Assembly (NCBI GenBank): GCA_951406725.2
Contig: OX597835.1
Coordinates: 37,200,001-37,264,000, forward strand
Length of the DNA stretch: 64,000 nucleotides
Origin: Octopus vulgaris
Lineage: Eukaryota
Direction: 5' to 3'
The notes under the pieces: generated by a model
What the model was told of the DNA's origin: nothing
Databases searched by the model: none
Seen by the model: only the letters and a program-made list of their open reading frames with translations
In this document: positions 53,921 to 64,000 of the stretch, in pieces
How the letters are laid out: every line of letters begins with the position of its first letter
How positions within the stretch are numbered: the stretch's first letter is position 1
Made by a program: the position numbers and the translations under genes

Positions 53921-55167
53921 TATCCCTGGTAAATATAGTCATATAAAGGAGTACCTAAGTGTATGTGCATACATATATACGTATGTCTGTGGTTTCTGTT
54001 TTACGAATGTTGTAGCAGACTCTCTTGCTACCAAATTGGCTATTGTTCAAATAGTGCAATCGTTAAACCATCACAGTGCTGCTTCTTCATGCTTGATTAA
54101 TAGTCATGTGTAAGGTTTACAATGTTTTATGCATGAGGAAGTGTATGTGTGGCAAGCTGAAGCAGGTGGGGGGACGTTTTAAGATCACACTCATGTTCTT
54201 TTACTGCCCGTTGTAGATATATGTAAGCTCACAAAATATTTTAGGTGGTGGATATTGGTAAACATTCAATTTGTATTTATATTATTTACAAGCTGCAAAA
54301 AGTGCACTATAAAAATGACAAAATATAAAATATAAAATGGTTTTCTTCATTTTAATGTGGTGGTGTTAAAAAGTGATATTTTGGTTGACTGTTTCAATGA
54401 AAAAGCTGGAAAATGTTTTGTCACTAATGTTGCGTGCAATAACTATTAAGTCAATATATTTAACTTCTCTCTTAAACACAGATTGCATTGACTGCCCCTC
54501 CCATAATATTTGTTGGTTTTAGCAACAATACACCAATTTTGGGTCAGATTATCATCTCCATGATCCTTTAAATTCTATACAAATTTTGGATAATAATGAC
54601 GTATTACACTTGCTTCTGTCTAGCTCTACGTTGTGTGAAAATTTTCTTAAAGGTGTTTCCATGAATGTTATATAGGTCTTTATTGTGTTGTCTGCATGGG
54701 AGAATCCAACTCTGTATATTAAAACCTTCTGAAGGCTTTGCTGTTCAGAGGACAAGTTTTCATGGATCTGAAGTTACATAATCCTTGTGTAGGGTGTGTT
54801 CCTTGAGTTGATATTTTTCTGTTGCGGTTGAGGCCTGGAGAGACAACTGTAACTGACTTTGACAATATTCCCGTTGAAAATTTTGTGCTAATCATGTGAA
54901 CATGGGAAGTAGGTATTGACTTGTGTGAGGAAGTTTCTGACTATGTTTGTTGCCACCATATTCTATGAACGATTAATTATGCACTCAATCAGTTAATTGT
55001 TTGATAAATAATAATAATAATAAAAAGCAGTGAAATAGAATTGATATGTTTACATCGATATAAATACATGCATGCACACACACACACATAATTTTTTATT
55101 TAATTGTGCGGCACATATCTTTTCACACATGAAAATTGGATAAAATTTATACATAAACATACATACA

Positions 55168-55218
<51 letters not shown>

Positions 55219-55385
55219 CCACTACACTCACGGAGTGTTTTTAGGAAGGGCATCCAGCTGTAGAAACATTGCCAGATAAGACTGGAGCCTGGTGCAGCCT
55301 TCTGGCTTCCCAGATCCCCGGTTGAACCGTCCAACCCATGCTAGCATGGAGAACGGACGTTAAACGATGATGATGATGATGATGA

Positions 55386-55427
<42 letters not shown>

Positions 55428-55971
55428 ACAAGTGTGGCTGTGTGGTAAGAAGCTCTGTGTCTGTGTTTGTCCTCACCACTGATTGACAATTGATGTTGGT
55501 GTGTTTATGTATCCGCAACTTAAAGGGTTCAGAGGCCGATAAGAATAAGCACTAAGCTTAAAAAAAAGTCCTTGTGTCGATTTGTTAGAATAAAACCCTT
55601 CAGAGCAGTGTTCCAGCATGGCTGCAGTCAAATGACTGAAACAAGTAAAAGAATAGAATATACATTGGTGTGATATTTGACCATGAATAAGCACAGGTGC
55701 GGCTGTGTGGTAAGAAGTTTGCTTCTCAATCACATGATGCCGGGTTCACTCCCACTGCATGACACATGGGTCAAGTGTCTTCTTCTATAGTCGCGGGCCG
55801 GCCAAAGTCTTGTGAATGGATTTGGTGGTTGGAAACTGAAAGAAGCCCACCGTATGTATACACATATACATATATGTATTAAGTTAATCCAAACAAGAAA
55901 GCACAAAAAACACAACAACGCGAGGACATGGAACAAATATAGTATTATTGGACGCTCAGGAAAGAAGGAGG

Positions 55972-56006
55972 GTTTAACGTTTTGAGCGGAGCTCTTCATC
56001 GGAAAC
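55972..56006 (-). ncRNA. Minimal hammerhead motif (G12 mutated) in a ~165-bp insert within a SINE
   Basis: gttt-CCGATGA-a-gagc-tcc-gctc-aAAA-cg-TT-aaac. Confidence 0.6.
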
Positions 56007-56554
56007 ATAGGAGAAGGAAAGATCCAGAGAAGGGAAGACGGAGGAATTATGCATATATGTGTGTGTGTGTGTTTGTTCACCACCACCGCTTGACAACTTG
56101 TGTTTGTATGTTTACATCCTCCTAACACAGCGGTTCAGCAAAATGAACCTTTATAATATGTACTTGTACTTAAAAAAGTACTGGGGCTGATTCATTTGTC
56201 TAAAATTCATTCTTGAAGCCGGTGCCCCAACATGGTCGCAGTCTAAAGACGGAAACTAGTAAAAGATAAAAATCAAAAAATGAATAATAAATTTGTTTGG
56301 AAAAGAGAAGTGACCTGTTCAGACCGATTCTTAAATAAATTATTTCAATTAATCTATATTTCAGTCCATGTCTGGCTGCCAAGAAGTTTGGCTCTTTCTT
56401 CTGTGCTCATAAATTTCTTATTCCTGAAAGTTTTCTCTACTTCGGTTAGGCTACCATTTGACCTTGCATTGAACATTTCTGTCAAATTCAAACTGATTCC
56501 TCAGATTGTCTTAACCTGCTTGATCGAATTCAGCATCAAGTTCTCAACATGGTG

Positions 56555-57640
56555 ATTCCTCTTCTTTCAACCAGTTTGGAGCCTTTCACTCATCATCGAA
56601 ATCTATCTCACTTGTGTCTTTTCTATAAGTATTTTCAAGGGAATTGCTTTAATGAACTTTCTGCTCTGCTCTTTTTCCTGGACGCAGTATTTCTATGTTG
56701 AGCTTCCCGTTAGTCACAAATCCTTGATTTCTAAAAGCTTCTTTCCTCAAAGTGCTGCTATCGGGAAATCACTACCACCATTTTGCATTCGAATTCAGAA
56801 TCAAGTCAACACGGTGGTTTCTCTTCTTTTTACTGGGTTCGAGTCTTTGACTCATCATGGAAATTTAACTTCATTGTGTCTTTTCTATAAGTATTTTCCA
56901 TAGGTGCAGGAGTGGCTGTGTGATAAGTAGCTTGCTTACCAACCACATGGTTCCAAGTTCAGTCCCACTGCGTGGCACCTTGGGCAAGTGTCTTCTACTA
57001 TAGCCTCGGGCCGACCAAAGCATTGTGAGTGGATTTGGTAGATGGAAACTGAAAGAAGCCTGTCGGGTGCTATTAAGTTAGACATGGCCTGGGCCAATAA
57101 TGGCCGAAACCTATCAAAGTATCAAAGTATATATGTATGTGTGTGTGTATGTTTGTGTGCCTGTGTTTGTCTCCCCAACATCGCTTGACAACCGATACTG
57201 GTGTGTTTACGTATCTGTAACTTAGTGGTTCAGCAAAACAGACCAATAGAATAAGTACTAAGCTTAGAAAGAATAAGTCCTGGAGTCAATCTGCTTGACT
57301 AAAGACGGTGCTCCAGCATGGCCACAGTCAAATGACTGAAACAAGTAAAAGAGTAAAGAGAGTATTTCCATGGTCATTGCTCTGATGAACTTTAAGGTCT
57401 GATACTCTCTGCCAAAACATTTAAATGTGTCAACCGCTTCTTTTCCCAGACTTATTGTTTCCCCATCAAGCTTCCGGTTAGTCATAAGTAATTTTTATTC
57501 TAACAGCTTCTTTCCTCGAAACATTGCCCTCTGGAAGTCACTTACCATTGTCTTGTTTTCCTCTAGTCTATGATATTCACTTCTTTAAGCTTTCTGCCAC
57601 TTGACATCATATGAATCTATAGGCCCCTTCCTTTCCTTTC
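56555..57640 (+). mobile_element. Two tandem degenerate LINE 3' fragments; the second is split by a family A SINE (56900-57362)
   Basis: SLEPFTHHRNLSHLCLFYKYFQGNCFNEL and FESLTHHGNLTSLCLFYKYF. Confidence 0.6.
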
Positions 57641-58243
57641 TTTGTATTCCCTTAAGTTAGAGGGGGGCCTCAAGTCTTGTTTGGAACAAAATCGTATAAA
57701 AAAAGAAAATTATTATTAAAATTAACGGCTACAAAAATAGAAGGCATAAATGAATTAGTTTTAAAGAATTTATAAGAAGGAATTTGACATGATGAAGACA
57801 GATAAAAGATGTAGCTAAGTGAGGAATTTGATAGTTAAAAGGAAGACTGATTGCGGCTTTATGGATTTTATCGTAAACATTTTCTTGTAAAGAAATATAA
57901 TCCTTAACTGTCTTCATTTGAATTAACATTTTTTTCTTATCCCAATGTTATTAAGAATTAGCAAAGAAAGGAGATACATAGGTTGAACAAAGAAAGAACT
58001 AAAACACAGGGGTCAAGTCGTGATAAGTTATTTGCAAGGTAATTTGAAGTGAGAAAATGTGTAAGTAATGGCATAAACAAGTTGTTTATATTAGCAGAGT
58101 AAAACCAGGCAAAGCAGTTAGGAAAGCACATAAATCATCTAAATTTAAATTTAAATGCATTCTTATCAAGCAAGATGTTTGTTACTCAATTATCTGGTCA
58201 TGCTGAGCTTAAAACAGTAACCCGATGAAGAGCTATACGTGTA

Positions 58244-58244
<1 letters not shown>

Positions 58245-58333
<89 letters not shown>

Positions 58334-58335
58334 GT

Positions 58336-58367
<32 letters not shown>

Positions 58368-58401
58368 GTATACATACATACATAATATATATATATGTAT
58401 G

Positions 58402-58441
<40 letters not shown>

Positions 58442-58612
58442 CATACATATATATATATACATACATATATACATACATATATATATATACATACATATAT
58501 ATATACATACATACATATATACATACATATATATATACATATATATATACATACATATATATATATATACATATATACTCGAAATATATACATATATATA
58601 TATATGTATACT

Positions 58613-58647
<35 letters not shown>

Positions 58648-58660
58648 TTGAAATATATTA
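58245..58660. repeat. (TA)n/(TACA)n microsatellite
   Basis: Direct reading. Confidence 0.95.
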
Positions 58661-58694
58661 TAATACAGATGGACTGTTAGCAATTAAAACTTAA

Positions 58695-59770
58695 AGGTAA
58701 GCTAATAAATAAGGCTACAAATTATTAACTGTAATTATTAGAAATAAGAGTCAAAAACAACTTGAATAGCCACACAAAGCACTAACCTCATGAACTGACG
58801 AAAAAAAAGAGAAAAGGGAGTGAACCAAAGCAACCTTCTATGGTGAGATATACTCACAAAATGAAGTAAACAGATACATCCATATCATGTGATTTCAGAC
58901 TCTGGCAACTGACTTGGCAGACACCAATAAAATGATTAACCATCTTACTAACAATAACTCTGAGCACCTTACCTGTCTAACACCCGTGGACATGTTTACA
59001 AAGTCATAAAACAGCACAGCTCCCATGGCTTTCGGAAACATTTTTTCACACTAAGAGTTGCTGAAGCATGGAACAAACTGCCGGCATTGGTTGTTAGTTG
59101 TCAGAGCACTGCATCCTTCTTCAAAGGTAGAATTTAAATAATTAAAAACAGAAGAAACTCTGAGTACCTTTTCAAACTCCACCTGTGGACATGTCTACAA
59201 AGTCAGAAAACAGCACAGCTCCCATGACTTTCAGAAACATTTTTTCACACTAAGAGTTGCTGAAATATGGAACAAACTGCTGGCATTGGTTGTTAGTTGT
59301 CGGAGCACTGCATCCTTCAAAACTTCCATGCTTTCTGAGATTCGCCAACACTACACCTGATTTTCTCCCCTCTGACTCGTGCACTGTTCACTTCCCAGAC
59401 ATTTGTACATTACTGCATATGCTTTATACACACATTTGACAAGTTGTGGCACCTGAGTAGTGTATACGATAATTTCAGTATTACTATATAATCTTAGTTC
59501 TCACCAGAGGACCTCGCTGATACTCCGGGTTAAAAGGGTAGCTCGCTTCGTACAACTTATGAGAAAACCATTGAAAGCTGGTGCTAATTCAAAATGGTGA
59601 ATTAAAATGATCAGAGTTTGAAATTATGTGACAAGGATATGCCTTAGCTTGCCTCCTCGGTTTTCATCAATTCATGAGGTTAGTGCTTTGTGTGGCTATT
59701 TGACTGGTTTTTGACTCTTATTTCTAGTAATTACTGGTACTAATTTGTACCCTTCTTTATTAACTTGCCT
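58695..59770. repeat. ~110-bp inverted repeats (58695-58804 and 59661-59770) enclosing tandem CR1 3' fragments (58900-59480)
   Basis: agaaataagagtcaaaaac..aatagccacacaaagcactaacctcatgaa and its reverse complement; inner sequence matches the CR1 at 22845-23260. Confidence 0.8.
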
Positions 59771-59894
59771 ACACACACATATATATATATATATAAACAC
59801 ACACATGCATACATACACATATATACATATATATATATATATATTTGTATGTGTGTGTATGTATATATACATATATACAAACATATATATGTAA

Positions 59895-60438
59895 GGATGC
59901 CATGATAGATCGTTAGCTCCTACACGCATTTTTTTCTCTCCTTGTTTTTTTCTTATGTATCTTTCTGTAGAAGAGCGTTGGCTCGAAACATAAAAGACTT
60001 TTTCTATTCCTGAGCGCTATACTAATACGTTTGTTTGTTTGTACTCCACCTGCCTTTGTCTTTTGGTTATTTTCGTATACTTTCCCTTTATATATATATA
60101 TATAAACAAACATATATATATACAAACATGCATGATGCATGCAAACACACACACACACACACACAGAGGCAATACACAAAGCAAGGCAGTTTTTTTGGTC
60201 TGGAATTGGCATTAACAATATGTTTTATCTTTTCCTTGTTACAGTCACTAGGCTGCGGCCATGCTGGGGCACAACCCTGAAGGGTTTGAATGAACAAATC
60301 CATCTCAGTACTTATTTTTTAAAGACTGGAACTTATTCCATTAGTTTCTTTTTGTCAGACTGCTATGTTACAGATACTTAAATAAGCCAACAATGGTTTT
60401 CAAGACAAACATAAACACAAGGACACACACACAACATG

Positions 60439-60481
<43 letters not shown>

Positions 60482-60686
60482 CTGGAAAGTTTACGAAAAT
60501 AAACAAAAGACGAAGGTGGGTGGAGTACAAACAAACAGATGTATTAGTATAACGCTCAGGAATAGAAAAAGTCTTTTACGTTTCGAGCCTACGCTCTTCG
60601 ACGGAAAGGAACACAGAAAAAAACAAGGAAAGAAAAAAAGGAGAGAAAAAAATGCGTGTAGGAGCTAATGATCTATCATGGCATCC
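59895..60686. mobile_element. Second tail-to-tail pair of the ~190-bp hammerhead-bearing element (59895-60088 +, 60484-60686 -)
   Basis: Both start gatgccatgatagatc; motifs at 59960-59997 and 60573-60608. Confidence 0.8.
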
Positions 60687-61751
60687 TGACTTCAGACAGT
60701 GGTCAGACATGAGAAGGACAATAGGGGAGATAACAGGGTCAAGTGACTTCCAATACGAAGGTGCTCCCAACACAAAGGTGCATGTGAGTATAACAGAGTA
60801 TGTATGTGCGTGTGAAAGAGGGCTGGTAGCCTGGATGTGTGTATGTATGTGTGGGTGTGGAGATGTGGAGATGTATATATATGTGTGACAGGCTTCTTTC
60901 AGTTTCCATCTATGGAGCGCACTCACAAGTCTTTGGTCGGCTTGAGGCTAGGGCAGAAGCCCTTTCCTTGTTGCCCAAAACCTTGTGACTGGGAAGCAAG
61001 CATTATACCACACACCCATGACCGTACGATAAATATTTAAAAGAACGAGTATTAATGGGCGATAACTACTACAAACCTTAGGTTGAGCTAATTGAAAATG
61101 CGTGCTTTCCCACGAGTGCCTGTGTACGCATGTGTGTGCGTTTGTACGTATGTATGCATGTATGTGTGTGTGTGCATGTGAATGTGTTGATGCAAATGAC
61201 TATAAATGGAAGAATTTATATCTCCACAAATATGTAACAAGCAAACAAATAATGAAATATATAAATATAATTTCCGAGTAAGACATTTAGTTGAGATGCC
61301 ATGTACAGAGACATTAACGTATGTGTTAATAAAATAATTAGGAATGGATGGGTGTAAAATTATATATGCATAATTATCTATGCATAGAACTCCAGCTAAA
61401 TGTGCCGATCGCTACTTTCTTTCGTTTGTTCACTTACAAATACCTATAACACACACACACACACACACTGACACACACACACACACTGACACACACACAC
61501 ACACTGACACACACACACACACTGACACACACATGTGTGTGTGTGTAAACTGTTATGTATGAATATTAAAATAGTAAGAGAAGATAAATAATAATGACTT
61601 TTGGACGATTTAATCAAAACTGTGTCTTTGTGTGTGAGAGTGTATATATATATGTGTGTGCGTGTGTGTGTGTGTTTGTCTATATATATATGTGTGTGTG
61701 TGTGTGTCTATGTATATATATATATGTGTATGTGTGTGTGTATATATATGT

Positions 61752-61808
<57 letters not shown>

Positions 61809-62014
61809 TGTGTATATGTATATATATGTGTGTGTGTGTTTGTATATATATATCGATAGATAGATAGATAGATAGATAGATAAATAGATGGATGGATAGA
61901 TCTGTGAAGCAGTAGGCTCCGATGATGCTGGTGTCGCTGTTCTGTGTCAGCAAGACATATTACTTCATGAAATCAATAACATGAGTTCAGCGGACCTGAT
62001 GTGAACTGTGGAAA

Positions 62015-62150
62015 CATAACGTTTCGGACACGGTCCTTCTTCAGAGGAAAAGTTCTTTTCAACTTACAGGATGTAAAACTCTGATGTCTCTCATTAATTT
62101 CTTGACTTTCAACTTTTCCCTCGAAGAAAGACTTTGTCCAAAACGTTAGG
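62015..62150. ncRNA. Head-to-head inverted pair of minimal hammerhead motifs
   Basis: Minus: cct-CTGAAGA-a-ggac-cgt-gtcc-GAAA-cg-TT-atg. Plus: ccc-tcgaaga-a-agac-ttt-gtcc-aaaa-cg-tt-agg. Confidence 0.7.
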
Positions 62151-62562
62151 CGCAGGAGTGGCTGTGTGGTAAGTAGCTTGCTAACCAACCACACGGTTCC
62201 AGGTTCAGTCCCACTGCATGGCATCTTGGGCAAGTGTCTTCTGCTATAGCTCCGGGCCGAGCAATACCTTGTGAGTGGATTTGGTAGACGGAAACTGAAA
62301 GAAGCCTGTCGTATACATGTATATATATATATATGTATGTATGTGTGTGTTTGTGTGTCTGTGTTTGTCCCCACCCCCAACATCGCTTGACAACTGATGC
62401 TGGTGTGTTTATGTCCCCGTAACTTAGCGGTTCGGCCAAAGAGACCGATAGAATAAGTACTGGGCTTACAAAGAATAAGTCCCGGGGTCGATTTGCTCGA
62501 CTAAAGGCGGCGCTCCAGCATGGCCGCAGTCAAATGACTGAAACAAGTAAAAAGTAAAAGAG
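62147..62562 (+). mobile_element. SINE family A, full length
   Basis: Head to tail match. Confidence 0.92.
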
Positions 62563-62805
62563 TATGCAAATATATACACATACAGGAATTCAGTTGTATA
62601 CACACACAATAGCATACATACATATATACAGTGAATAAAAGGGAGAATATATGCAAAATTATAAAAAAACAAAAGAGCTGAGAACATATATAACATGGTG
62701 TACTAAAACCAAGTGAACCCTTATGTAAAGGTATATACATCCATATACACTCATGTGGATACATTATAAAAGTTCTAAAATGCTAACGGTGTATCATATG
62801 GTTAC

Positions 62806-63224
62806 AAGGCAGCAAGCTGGCAGAATTGTTAGCATGCCGGGCGAAATGCGTAGCCGTATTTCGTCCGCTGTTACGTTCTGAGTTCAAATTCCGCCAAGGT
62901 CGACTTTGCCTTTCGTCCTTTCGGAGTCGATAAATCAAGTACCAGTTACGCACTGGGGTCGATGTAATCGACTTAATCCGTGTGTCTGTCCTTGTTTGTC
63001 CTCTCTGTGCTTAGCCCCTTGTGGGTAGTAAAGAAATAGGTATTTTGTCTGCCGTTATGTTCTGAGTTCAAATTCCGCCAAGGTCGACTTTGCCTTTCAT
63101 CCTTTCGGGGTTGATAAATTAAGTACCAGTTACGCATTGGGGTCGATGTAATTGACTTAATCCGTGTGTCTGTCCTTGTTTGTCCTCTCTGTGTTTAGTC
63201 CCTTGTGGGTAGTAAAGAAATAGG
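62806..63224 (+). mobile_element. SINE family B, partial tandem dimer
   Basis: Head aggcagcaagctggcaga; internal junction aaagaaataggtattt. Confidence 0.9.
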
Positions 63225-64000
63225 TGTATCATATGGTTACATTCAATAAATATGGAACACAGAAAGTGAAACAGATTTTAAGGTCGAAGGAATACATTCA
63301 TAAAAACAAATTAAAATAGTTAAGTGAATATTGAGAATTTGTAATATACTATATGGGTATACTTATTTGATTACATGTAAGTTTTAAAATTTGGTGAAAT
63401 TCCGAATTTTTACATTTTGACATGAAAAGATTTGTTCTGAAAATCGGTTGAAAATTAGTGTTTTAGAAAAATGAATTTTGAAGATCTTGGTTGTGCACAG
63501 GTTGCAAAGATTTCTGTGTTTCCATTATAAGAATGTGTCTTCGGATATCTTTGTCTTGGTTGATGTTGTTATCAAATCCCAAATAAAACTGCAGAGTGGT
63601 GTCATATTTTCTGTATGTGTGTGCTGACTGAAACACTTTGTATGGTGCACTGGTAAATTCCATGAGGCAGTTGTTGGAGTTCATGAATTTTAAATTGTTA
63701 GTGTTTGGTTTGGTTGTAGACTGGTTTAATCCAGACAAGTTGGGAGAAGTAAGAATATGAGAAGAAGTAGAAGTGGTGGAGTAAGATATTTTTATTGTAA
63801 GGCTATCAAACCTTTTGTCATTTTGCACTGTGCAGGGAAGTGTTTCCTAAGAAAGACAAGTATATCTTTATTACTAGGGTAGCAACGACTGAATTAAAAG
63901 GAAGATTATTAAATAGTTTTGTTTGTCTCCTGATTCTTTTCTGCGACATTCTAATCACATATCCATAGCACTGGAGCTGTGACCTTTCAATATGAAGTAG

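Noticed and set aside
58222-58240. ccgatgaagagc half-motif
   Set aside because: No 3' half; truncated at a microsatellite
63463-63828. 121-aa ORF
   Set aside because: No recognisable domain or splice support; possibly retroelement debris

Overview
AT-rich, microsatellite-dense animal genomic DNA, most likely an octopod cephalopod (inferred from the SINE families). I could not support any host gene or exon; nearly all long ORFs are translated microsatellites. The window is a patchwork of tRNA-derived SINEs, LINE 3' ends (CR1, R4/Dong-like), DNA transposon remnants (mariner, maT, piggyBac, hAT, pogo-like) and MITEs. The main signal is a Penelope-like element (PLE) and hammerhead-ribozyme system. 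A ~2 kb near-perfect palindrome (43795-45828) lies between two (TA)n tracts. Each arm has an uninterrupted GIY-YIG endonuclease frame with no RT, followed by a type I hammerhead motif. About 16 further hammerhead-like motifs, found by eye, come from several families. Many occur as inverted pairs, and several have unusual cores (G3:C8 swap, U6, an extra nucleotide beside stem II, very long stem II). All RNA structures were folded by hand and none is tested.
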